A stretch of 64,000 nt of DNA, taken from sequence record OQ417969.1; one strand, written 5' to 3'. Shown piece by piece: positions 46,781-55,913 of the stretch. The stretch's first letter is position 1, and every line of letters starts with the position of its first letter. The notes under the pieces were generated by a model. It saw only the letters and a list, made by a program, of their open reading frames with translations, was not told where the DNA came from and searched no databases. Position numbers and translations under genes: made by a program. The DNA is from Mycobacterium phage prophiT37-1.

Positions 46781-47122
46781 ATGGCAGTACAGAAGCGCGA
46801 CGCCGTCGCGGACACCGTCGCGGCACTGGAGACCAAGCGCGAGCTGCTGGCGTCCCTCGGCGAAGACACCTCCGCCATCGACGCGAAGCTCGCCGAGTGG
46901 CGCGCAGACATTGACCCGGTCGAGCCCGCCCCGCCGGTCGAGAACAAGGTCGCCCCCGCGGCGCCGGAGAAGGCAACCCCGCCCGCATCCGACAACGCAG
47001 CCGCCAAGCCCGGTAAGGCCGCGCCCGCCAAGGCAACCGCCACCAAGACGGAACCTGCACCGGCACAGGTGAAGACCGAGGAGACCAAGGCCGCTGATGG
47101 CGGACCTGGTAACGACAACTGA
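46781..47122 (+). CDS. Ala/Pro-rich head-associated protein
   Basis: ORF after the capsid gene; low-complexity PAAPEKATPPA. Confidence 0.4.
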   Translation: MAVQKRDAVADTVAALETKRELLASLGEDTSAIDAKLAEWRADIDPVEPAPPVENKVAPAAPEKATPPASDNAAAKPGKAAPAKATATKTEPAPAQVKTEETKAADGGPGNDN

Positions 47123-47651
47123 CCTCGGCAAGTTCGAGGCTGGTGACCGGCAGTGGTTCCTCGACACCGCTGAATCGGCGGTGCGGGACTACTGCGACTG
47201 GCACATCGCACCGTCTCGCCGCGAGGTGGATCGGCGATGCGAAATAGGGGAGCGCGGCATCATCATGCTGCATTCCCTGCACGTCACCGACGTTGAGTCT
47301 GTGAAGGTCGACGGCCAGGTACTCGAACCAGATGAATACGACTGGGACGAGGCGGGATTCATTACACGGACCCGCACTACCTGGCCGCGCGGCCGGTACT
47401 GGCCAGTCTTCGGGCTGCCCTCGCCGCGCTACGCCTACGTCACCTTCACTCACGGCTACCCGGAGGTACCGCTGGCGGTGAAAGCGGTAATCCTGGAGTT
47501 GGCGTCCAGCGGCATCGAGCTGCCGTCATCGGTAGCCACCGAGGCCACCGGCGGCCCGTTCCGCATCAAGTTCAAGGGCACCTCGGGTCTGTCGCTCAAC
47601 GACGACCACAAGTCCCGGCTGGCCGACTACCGCATCCAGGCCATCGCGTGA
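47097..47651 (+). CDS. head-tail adaptor (connector)
   Basis: position in the head-tail joining block. Confidence 0.45.
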   Translation: MADLVTTTDLGKFEAGDRQWFLDTAESAVRDYCDWHIAPSRREVDRRCEIGERGIIMLHSLHVTDVESVKVDGQVLEPDEYDWDEAGFITRTRTTWPRGRYWPVFGLPSPRYAYVTFTHGYPEVPLAVKAVILELASSGIELPSSVATEATGGPFRIKFKGTSGLSLNDDHKSRLADYRIQAIA

Positions 47652-48025
47652 GCATCTTCCCCGAGCCCTACGACATCGCGCACTACCCGTACAGCGCGGC
47701 AGCGGGAAAGAACGCCCACGGCAACACCATTGGCGGCGTCGCAGAGGCACCGACGCCACGGCGGGCGATGGCCTTCTACCCCCGCGGTGAACGCGCAGCT
47801 GACAGGGTCGAGCCGGTAGCACCGGAGTACGTGGCCCGGCACATCGCCGAGCTGACAATGCTGGTGAAAGACCCAACGGTCTACAAAACCCAGGACCAGG
47901 TCGACATCCACGGCGCCCGCTTCGATGTCGTCGGTATGGGAGCTGACGGTGACTGGCGCAACGGGCCGTGGCGGAAGTACTCGCAGATGTTCGGCGGGGA
48001 AATCTCGCTCAAGCGAGTCGGCTAG
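47648..48025 (+). CDS. head-tail joining protein
   Basis: position. Confidence 0.4.
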   Translation: MSIFPEPYDIAHYPYSAAAGKNAHGNTIGGVAEAPTPRRAMAFYPRGERAADRVEPVAPEYVARHIAELTMLVKDPTVYKTQDQVDIHGARFDVVGMGADGDWRNGPWRKYSQMFGGEISLKRVG

Positions 48026-48273
48026 TGGCCGTACGCATCAAGTACAACATGGCAGGGTTCCGCAAGATCCGCCACGCCTACGGCGAGTACGTCGAGCAGA
48101 TCGCCCGGCAGGCCGCCGAGGGACTGCCAGATGGCTACACCATTGTCGTGCAACGCGATCCGAACACGCAGCGTCCGCGTATCTTCATCGTCGCCGCTTC
48201 GTATGCAGCGCGCCGAGACGACGCAGCCAACTCGCGGCTCCTCAAGCTGATCGCTGGGTTACGGGGTCGCTGA
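48025..48273 (+). CDS. hypothetical neck protein
   Basis: GTG start overlapping the upstream stop. Confidence 0.35.
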   Translation: MAVRIKYNMAGFRKIRHAYGEYVEQIARQAAEGLPDGYTIVVQRDPNTQRPRIFIVAASYAARRDDAANSRLLKLIAGLRGR

Positions 48274-48710
48274 TGCCCGCCCTGTATCCGGCGATGCTGC
48301 CAGCGGACATGGTGGCGCTGGCAGTCGCGTACCTGACACCCCAACCCGCCCTGACGGTTCCAGTCGGCTCCAAACTGCCGCCCACCCGAACAGATGCCAC
48401 CTTGCCTGACGGGTTCCTGCGAGTCGAGTTCGGCGGTGGCTCCCGCGCCAACCTCCTCGAATGGGACCTCGACCTCATCCTGTTCGGCTATCACCCCGAT
48501 GAGGTTGAAGCGTCCAACATCTCGCGGACCGCGACAGCGCTCATGGACGCCGCGACCGGTCTCACCATCGACACCTGGTACGTCGTCTGGGCACGCGCCA
48601 CAAGCCTGACGCACGAGTCGAAGGACCCGAACGTGGCGACACCTCGATACCGGTCGATGGTCACCTGGCGCGTCCAGGGCCAACCCATCGGCTCACCCAT
48701 CACCCCATAA
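48273..48710 (+). CDS. tail terminator-like protein
   Basis: position before the major tail protein. Confidence 0.4.
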   Translation: MPALYPAMLPADMVALAVAYLTPQPALTVPVGSKLPPTRTDATLPDGFLRVEFGGGSRANLLEWDLDLILFGYHPDEVEASNISRTATALMDAATGLTIDTWYVVWARATSLTHESKDPNVATPRYRSMVTWRVQGQPIGSPITP

Positions 48711-48786
48711 CTCACCGCCCCCGCGCGGGAGATCAGGCCGTCCCGTCCGGGGCGGCCTTTCGCATATCACGAGAGGAAAGCCCCGC

Positions 48787-49368
48787 ATGGCTCTCAACAA
48801 TGTGCTGGAGCTGGCCGCCCCGTCCCCGCGGGTCACCGGCGGCGTCCTGCGTGCACCGGTCGGCACGACCCTGCCGACCACCGCTGTCGGCGCCCCCGCA
48901 GTGGCCTTCAACAACCTCGGCCACGTTGGCAAGGACGGCCTGGAACGCACCGAAGATCGGTCGAACCAGGAGGAGTACAACTGGGGCGGCGACCTGGTCG
49001 CAGTGCTCCAGGAAAAGTACGGCCTGGAAATTAAGTTCAAGCTGCTCCAGGTCAACAACGTCGACGTGCAGAAGGCCGTGCACGGTGCATCCAACGTCAC
49101 CGTCACCCCGGCCAGCACCACGTCCGGCACGGAGATCAAGGCCGAACTGAACGCCAAGCTCCTGGACACGGGCGCTTGGGTTTTCGACGGCTTCTACAAC
49201 CTGATCTCCATGCGCCTGGTCATCCCGATCGGTCGTATCACCGCCGTCGCGCCCATCAAGTGGACGCACTCCGAACTGGCGGCCTACGAGTGCACGCTCA
49301 AGCCGTTCCCCGACGCCGACGGTAACCACGGTTACCAGTACTGGAACGACGGCGTGGTGACGATTTGA
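48787..49368 (+). CDS. major tail protein
   Basis: 193 aa, immediately upstream of the chaperone pair and tape measure. Confidence 0.65.
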   Translation: MALNNVLELAAPSPRVTGGVLRAPVGTTLPTTAVGAPAVAFNNLGHVGKDGLERTEDRSNQEEYNWGGDLVAVLQEKYGLEIKFKLLQVNNVDVQKAVHGASNVTVTPASTTSGTEIKAELNAKLLDTGAWVFDGFYNLISMRLVIPIGRITAVAPIKWTHSELAAYECTLKPFPDADGNHGYQYWNDGVVTI

Positions 49369-49763
49369 GCACCACCACCGCGCGCAAGGCATCGCCCCGC
49401 AAAGCGGGCGCGAAGAAGGCAGCCGCACCAGCGGCAGCCGACGCACCGGTGGACGAGACGAAGGAGGCCCCCGCTTCGGCGGGGGCACCTTCTCCGTACC
49501 CCGACGGCACGGCCCTGTTCGAATTCACGACCAGCGACGGGTACGTCGTCCAGTTCCCGAAGTACTCGGAGATCACGCCACCTACCCGCCAATTCTGGTG
49601 GGCGCTATACCAACTCGACGAGACCTTCCAAGCGTTCGAGTGGATGGACTGGGCAGGGGTTCCCAAGGAAATCCAACTCCGCGTCGTCGGCCTCGGCGAT
49701 GACGAATACAAGGCCGTGTTCGACGCCTGGTTCGCCGACTCGAAACTGACCGCGGGGGAATAG
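49365..49763 (+). CDS. tail assembly chaperone (G-like)
   Basis: TTGA overlap; directly upstream of the tape measure. Confidence 0.65.
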   Translation: MSTTTARKASPRKAGAKKAAAPAAADAPVDETKEAPASAGAPSPYPDGTALFEFTTSDGYVVQFPKYSEITPPTRQFWWALYQLDETFQAFEWMDWAGVPKEIQLRVVGLGDDEYKAVFDAWFADSKLTAGE

Positions 49764-50197
49764 GTGCGCTCACCCGGGCCATCGGCCAGCACTGGCACGC
49801 GGTCGAGCGCGACCTCATATCGCTAGACAAGGACACCGATTTCGACGACCGGCTGTTGCCAGTCGCCAAACTCGGGTCCATCGTGCTGGCCGCACCCCCT
49901 GGCACGGCCGTCTACCACGCCATCCACGGCGGGTGGACCCGGGAGTCTCACCTGCTAGCTGCCCAGATGGAGCAGCACGCAGGTCTGGTCACTATGCCCC
50001 AGCGGATCGCCCGTGAGGGCGTCGACCCCAACGCCCCTGTGCCGCAACCTGAGCGGCCGGTGGGACCACCACCGCCTGGGCTACTCACCTGCGACGAGAT
50101 GTCACTTGAGGACTTCGAGCGACTACGCGCAGCCAACTACGCGCTGGGCGAGTCGCCCGGCCGCGTCATCGGTATGAAGAAAGGAGTAACCGGTTGA
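49365..50197 (+). CDS. tail assembly chaperone -1 frameshift fusion (G-T-like)
   Basis: the -1 frame is open from 49703 through to the stop at 50197; GGGGGAA run at 49754-49760 next to the G stop codon; the downstream stop overlaps the tape measure start. Confidence 0.5.
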
Positions 50198-53100
50198 GTC
50201 CAGCAGTCGCCGCCGTTGAACTGGCACAAGTATGGGTGCCACTCATGCCCGAGGCGTCCGGCCTTGCCGCGGGCGTCGAACGCATCGGCCGCGACGCTGA
50301 ACGCCGCTTCGGGCGTGCCACCCGGACCATGGGCGCCGACATGGCCCGCAACCTTGCCGCCAGCGGTAAGTCGGCGGTCGACGCACTTCGCCAGGTCGAA
50401 CGTGCGGAGAAGGCACTGGCGACTGCGAAGAAGGCAGACGCGGACGCCACCGGCCGCCTCACCGTCGCCCAGACACGACTCAACGAACTCAACGAGAAGG
50501 GCAGGGCCACAGCCACCCAGCGGGCCACCGCTGAGGAGGGAGTGGCGCGGGCGCGGCGCGCGCAGGAGCTGTCGACACAGAATCTGACCCGCGCCACCCG
50601 GGACCTGGAGCGTGCGCAGAAGGCGCAGTCGCAGGCGTCCAGTCAGGTCAAGATGCCGTTCGGTGCCGGGCTGATCATGCGAGCCGAGGCGTACGGGTCG
50701 GACTCCGGCGCCCGCTTCGCGCAGGGCTTCCAGCGCGCCCTCAACACCGGCGCCGCTCTGGCCGCAGGCGGAGGTTTCATTGCCGCAGTCAAAAGTGTTG
50801 TAGACACGGGCCTTTCGTTTGACTCGGCGCTCAACACCATGCAGGGCGTCACCCGCGCCCTACCTGAACAAATGGCCGCCGTATCGCGGCGCGCCCGCGA
50901 GCTGGGCGCCGACACCCAGCTCGCCGGGGTATCGGCCTCCGACGCAGCCCAGGCGATGACCGAACTCGCCAAGGGCGGATTCGACGTCGACCAGTCCATG
51001 TCAGCGGCCCGCGGCACCCTGCAATTGGCCACCGCCGCACAGGTATCCGCAGCAGAGGCGGCCAAGATTCAGGCCAACGCCCTCCACGCCTTCGGAATGG
51101 ACGCCAACCAGGCGGCCAATATGGCCGACATGTTGGCGAACGTCGCCAACGCATCCACCGGCGACATCGGCGACTTCGCCCTCGGCCTCCAACAGGCCGG
51201 TGCCGTTGCCCACGGCTTCGGCCTGACCGCCCAGGACACCATCACTGCCCTCGGACTTCTGGCCAACGCCGGTATCCGCGGCTCCGATGCAGGCACCCTC
51301 ATCAAGACCTCGCTCCAGGCCATCACTGACCAGGGAAACCCCGCCCAGGGCGCCATCGAAAGCCTGGGACTGACCCTGTACGGCACCACCGGCAAGTTCG
51401 TCGGCTACCGCTCCATGCTGGAACAGGTTGCCGCAGCGTCAAAGAGGATGACCGAAGAGGAGTTCCAGGCCGACACCAACATCCTATTCGGCTCCGACGC
51501 CATGCGCGCGGCGATGGTCGCAGCCGGTGGCGGCGTCCAGATGTTCGACGAGATGTTCCGGGCCGTCGGCCGCGCCGGTGGTGCCAGCGAGATGGCCGCC
51601 GCCCAGATGCAGGGCCTACCGGGGGTCGTCGAAGGCCTCAAGAACACCGCCGAGAGCGCGAAACTCGCTCTTTACGACCTTGTTTCGCCGTCCTTGCAGT
51701 CAGCCGGTCGGGGGATGACCGGCTGGCTGGACAAGGCCGCCGACGCGATGCGCGACCTCAGGACCGGCGGTGGCGGCAGCGGTACCGCGGTCGACCAGAT
51801 CCGGCAGGGCTGGCGCGACATCTCCAGCGCCGCCAAGGACCTGGCACCCTCCCTCGCTGCCGCATCCAAGGCCATCGCAATGGGCGCCGGGGCAACTGCC
51901 GTAGCAGGCTGGCGTGCACTAGGTTTCGCCATGCAGGCGTTGGAGCCGCCGCTGAAATTGGTAGCCGACATCCTCGGCAACAACCAGTGGCTCACCACCG
52001 GCCTCGTCGCAGTCCTCACCGCCCTCTACCTCAAATCCAAGTTGACCGGCCCTGCCCTACAGGTTGCCGCTAAGGCCACTCAGGCATGGGGCACCGCCTT
52101 CGCGGGATGGCGTACCCCCGCTACGCAGGCACAGCAGGCCATGGAGAACGCGACACGCGCCGCTGGCGAATCGACACGCGCGCAACGCGGATGGGTCACG
52201 CAGATGCGGGACAGCTACAACCAGGCTGCCGACCGGTCCCTGTTCTACTCCCGTACCGCGGGAACCGCCGGGGCAGCCATGACCGGCATGAAGCTCGCCG
52301 GGTCCGGGGTCTTGTCCATGCTCGGCGGCCCGTGGGGCATCGCCGCCGCCGGTGTCGGCATCGCTATGGGCATGATCGCCGACGCCCACCAGAAGGCCGC
52401 ACAGAAGGCACAGGAGCAGAAGCAGGCCGAAGAGGAATTGCGCGCCACCCTGGACCAGGACACCGGTCGCGTCACCGACGAGACCCGTAGGAAGGCCGCC
52501 GAGCGGTTCGGCAAGGAAGACCCCTACAAGACCACCGACATCGGGCGCGCCAAGGGCCTAGGAATCGACCCAAACATGTTGGTAGACGCCGCAACTGGAA
52601 CAGGCAACGCGCAGGCGTACGACATCATCAAAAAGCTGGCGCTAGACAAGGGCGTCCGGGAGGGCCTGGACAAGGTCTCCATCACCGGATCAGGCGGCAC
52701 GAAGCTGGACTGGAAGGTCATCCAGCAGCAGTACCAGGCCATGGGCGTGTCATCCGACGAGCTGTACAACGCACTCCTCAAGGAGGGCAACGGCTGGGAC
52801 ACCGTCAACGAGAAGATCGCAAAATACCGCACGGCCAACCCCGGCGACCAGAACCTCGTTGGACTGCAACAGATTATCGACGCCATGCCCGACGCCAATG
52901 AGTCGCTTATCACGCTAACTCAGAACGTCAACGAGCAGCGGCGCGAGACGGACAAGGGCGCACAGTCATTGCGGGACATGGCACAAGCCCAGTACGGGCT
53001 GTGGAAGCCGACAGAGGAAGGCACCGCCAGGTTCAAGGAACTCGGCGCCGCCATCGTGTCGGTGCCCAACAACAAGTCGATAGACCTCAAGGTCGACCCG

Positions 53101-54903
53101 GCGAAGTACGACGAGACGAAGAAGAAACTCGAAGAACTCGGGTACACCGTCACGCAGCTGCCCGGCGGAATCGTAAAGGTCACCGCGGCAACCGATGAGG
53201 CGCAGAAGCGTTTCAACGACCTGGTGTACAAGGTCAACAACACGACCGCCACCCTTCCCATCGACCTCAAACTGGCCAACTCACTCGGCGCGATCTTGCC
53301 GCCCGGATTACAGGGCGTATTCAGCGCAGCCACCCTCGCCGGGCAGATACCCGGCCGCGCCTCCGGTGGACATGTCGACAGCCGCGGCGTCATCAGCGGC
53401 CCAGGGGCGGGCACCAGCGACTCCATCCTCGCTCGCGTAATAGGCGGTGGCGCAGGGGGATTTATCAAGGTATCCAACCAAGAGTCGATCAACACCGCGC
53501 AGTCCACCCGCGACAACATGCCGCTCATCAACGCCATGAACCGCGGCTGGGTACCGTCCGCCAACTTCCTGCGAATCCTCACCGGCATACCCGGATACGC
53601 GGGCGGCGGCCCCATCTCAATCGAAGACGCAGCCAACGACATGGCAGGCGCGCCCTACGTTCGCGGCGGCCACAGCCCATCCGGCACCGACTGCTCCGGT
53701 GCCGCGTCCGTCCTCGTCAACGCCGCGGTCGGCCAGCCCCTGTACGGCGAGCGAATGGCGACCGGGAACGCAGCCGATTGGCTCGCCGCCCGCGGCGCCA
53801 TCATGGGCCGCGGACCAGCAGGCACCCTCCGGGTCGGATGGAAGAACGGCGGCCCCGGCGGCGGCCACATGGCGGTCACGCTGCCCGACGGCCGCAACGC
53901 CGAATCCGGTGGCAGCGTTGGCAAGTTCACGGTCGGTGCGGGCGCCGCGGGCGCCGACGACCCCCAGTTCACCAACCAGGCGTACATCCCCGTCAACGCC
54001 ATGTACCCCGACGGCTGGCCCAGCGGCGCGGCAGGCGGCGGCTACAGCATGTACGGCTCCGGCAGCGGAGGAGGCGGGGGTGGCGGATTCGGCGGTGGGG
54101 GAAGCGGTGGGGGCGGCGCATCCCCCGCACAGCGACGCCAACTGCGCGACGCGGAGCAGAAGGTCCAGGACAAGCAGTTCGATGTCGAACAGGCCCAACG
54201 CAAGCTCGACGAACTACAGAGCAAGAAGAACGTCAAGCCGTCCGAGCAGGCAGCCGCCGAGGAGCGGCTATCCCGGGCGCAGCGCGAGCACAAGGACGCG
54301 CTGGACGACCTGGCCACGAAGCAAGAACAAGTCAACGACGCCGATGCCCGGGGCCGCGGTGGACGCAACGGTCAGCAGCCGGGCAGCGGTCCTGACGGTA
54401 AGAGCTTCGCCAAGGACATGATGTCCGGCGCCATGGAGATGCTCGGCCTCGACGGCTCCATCTTCTCCAACCCCATGGAGTGGGGCATCTTCAAGCTGTT
54501 CACCGGAGGTGCAAACGCCATCGGCGGAATGCTCAAGAACGCATTCGGCGGACCGCAGCAACAGCAGCAGAACCCCTTGGGCACTCAGGCCCTGCGCAAC
54601 AACCGCCATGGCCCAGGCGGCGCCCCCGGCCCCGGAAACGGAGGCCTTGGAGAGTTCGACTTTGGCGACGGCGGCATGGGCGTGGTCGGCGACGCACTCC
54701 AGGCAGCGCTCCCACAGGTCGGCGACTTCCTGCCCAACAGCCAGAACCCGGGCGGGAACAACTACACGACCAACCAGAACAGCAACAACAGCAACGCCAC
54801 CGGTGCCGCGTTCTACGGCCCCGTCACCATCAACGACCCAGGAGGCCTGGTGAAGCCGCCCGACCGGATGAACACCCGGATGACGGGACTGCCTCGGCCG
54901 TGA
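50194..54903 (+). CDS. tape measure protein
   Basis: 1569 aa, Ala/Gly-rich, coiled-coil; internal NlpC/P60-like GTDCSG motif near 53690. Confidence 0.85.
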   Translation: MSPAVAAVELAQVWVPLMPEASGLAAGVERIGRDAERRFGRATRTMGADMARNLAASGKSAVDALRQVERAEKALATAKKADADATGRLTVAQTRLNELNEKGRATATQRATAEEGVARARRAQELSTQNLTRATRDLERAQKAQSQASSQVKMPFGAGLIMRAEAYGSDSGARFAQGFQRALNTGAALAAGGGFIAAVKSVVDTGLSFDSALNTMQGVTRALPEQMAAVSRRARELGADTQLAGVSASDAAQAMTELAKGGFDVDQSMSAARGTLQLATAAQVSAAEAAKIQANALHAFGMDANQAANMADMLANVANASTGDIGDFALGLQQAGAVAHGFGLTAQDTITALGLLANAGIRGSDAGTLIKTSLQAITDQGNPAQGAIESLGLTLYGTTGKFVGYRSMLEQVAAASKRMTEEEFQADTNILFGSDAMRAAMVAAGGGVQMFDEMFRAVGRAGGASEMAAAQMQGLPGVVEGLKNTAESAKLALYDLVSPSLQSAGRGMTGWLDKAADAMRDLRTGGGGSGTAVDQIRQGWRDISSAAKDLAPSLAAASKAIAMGAGATAVAGWRALGFAMQALEPPLKLVADILGNNQWLTTGLVAVLTALYLKSKLTGPALQVAAKATQAWGTAFAGWRTPATQAQQAMENATRAAGESTRAQRGWVTQMRDSYNQAADRSLFYSRTAGTAGAAMTGMKLAGSGVLSMLGGPWGIAAAGVGIAMGMIADAHQKAAQKAQEQKQAEEELRATLDQDTGRVTDETRRKAAERFGKEDPYKTTDIGRAKGLGIDPNMLVDAATGTGNAQAYDIIKKLALDKGVREGLDKVSITGSGGTKLDWKVIQQQYQAMGVSSDELYNALLKEGNGWDTVNEKIAKYRTANPGDQNLVGLQQIIDAMPDANESLITLTQNVNEQRRETDKGAQSLRDMAQAQYGLWKPTEEGTARFKELGAAIVSVPNNKSIDLKVDPAKYDETKKKLEELGYTVTQLPGGIVKVTAATDEAQKRFNDLVYKVNNTTATLPIDLKLANSLGAILPPGLQGVFSAATLAGQIPGRASGGHVDSRGVISGPGAGTSDSILARVIGGGAGGFIKVSNQESINTAQSTRDNMPLINAMNRGWVPSANFLRILTGIPGYAGGGPISIEDAANDMAGAPYVRGGHSPSGTDCSGAASVLVNAAVGQPLYGERMATGNAADWLAARGAIMGRGPAGTLRVGWKNGGPGGGHMAVTLPDGRNAESGGSVGKFTVGAGAAGADDPQFTNQAYIPVNAMYPDGWPSGAAGGGYSMYGSGSGGGGGGGFGGGGSGGGGASPAQRRQLRDAEQKVQDKQFDVEQAQRKLDELQSKKNVKPSEQAAAEERLSRAQREHKDALDDLATKQEQVNDADARGRGGRNGQQPGSGPDGKSFAKDMMSGAMEMLGLDGSIFSNPMEWGIFKLFTGGANAIGGMLKNAFGGPQQQQQNPLGTQALRNNRHGPGGAPGPGNGGLGEFDFGDGGMGVVGDALQAALPQVGDFLPNSQNPGGNNYTTNQNSNNSNATGAAFYGPVTINDPGGLVKPPDRMNTRMTGLPRP

Positions 54904-55913
54904 GGTACATCCGGCAGTCCGAGATCCCCGCCTACGACCAATGGGACAAGCTGCCGAAGGCCCTCCAGGGGCTCGACACCCGGATCGTCCACATCTCACC
55001 GGACGGCGACTTCACCGACATGTACGGCGGCGTCAACGCCGGACGTCAGGGCGTGCAGCTGTCCGAAGACATTGAGGGCGAGCACCACTGGCCTTTCGAG
55101 CTGCTGCTAACCGAAGGCGCCTACGAGCTTGGGGCCACCGTCGAACGCGCCAACATCCTCAAACGCGAAATCAACTTCACCGTCTCCATCGGCGGTAAAG
55201 GAGTGCCGTTCAACAACTTCCAGTACCGCATGGCTGAGGACCGCTGGTTCCGCGGCCAGGACGAGAACCGTGACGGATGGCTCGGCATCTACACCCGCTT
55301 CTCCGGCTGGCGGTGGATCAGGGTCCGGCCCGCCCAGACCGTAGGCGGCAGCCAGAAGCGCGACCCCGTCGCCTTCGGAAACAACTTCGCCAAGTGGCCG
55401 ATGAAGTGGCTGGCGCAGAAGCCCTACTACAGCAAGCCATCCATCTGGGCGACGTGGCAGAACAACCCCGCCACCGCAGCACAATTCGGTGGAGACGGCG
55501 AAGGCATCATCGTGCTGCCCAACCGCGGCGACCTGGAGTCCTACACCCAATTCATAGTCCCGCCCGGACGGTGCTGGGTTGAGGACGGCGACAGCGGACG
55601 CATGGTCGAGCTACCCCTCATAGCCCCCTCCGACGGATACGTCCTCGTCGACACCGACCCCAAGGAGCGGACACTCACCGCATCCAACGACCCGGTCGAC
55701 AACATCTTCTACCAGATCGCCAGGCGCTCAAAGATACTGGACTTCCTACTGCACGACCTGGCAGCCACCGGTGAGCCGGTGTGGAAGCGATTCGACAAGC
55801 GGTTCCAAGCATCAGTCCCATCCAGGCACGTCGCGCAGATCCGGGTTAAGCACAGCAACCCCAACGCCAAGATCACCGCGATACTGCCGCAACGCTATAA
55901 GAGGTCTCGGTAG
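54900..55913 (+). CDS. minor tail protein (distal tail-like)
   Basis: GTGA-coupled to the tape measure. Confidence 0.5.
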   Translation: MRYIRQSEIPAYDQWDKLPKALQGLDTRIVHISPDGDFTDMYGGVNAGRQGVQLSEDIEGEHHWPFELLLTEGAYELGATVERANILKREINFTVSIGGKGVPFNNFQYRMAEDRWFRGQDENRDGWLGIYTRFSGWRWIRVRPAQTVGGSQKRDPVAFGNNFAKWPMKWLAQKPYYSKPSIWATWQNNPATAAQFGGDGEGIIVLPNRGDLESYTQFIVPPGRCWVEDGDSGRMVELPLIAPSDGYVLVDTDPKERTLTASNDPVDNIFYQIARRSKILDFLLHDLAATGEPVWKRFDKRFQASVPSRHVAQIRVKHSNPNAKITAILPQRYKRSR

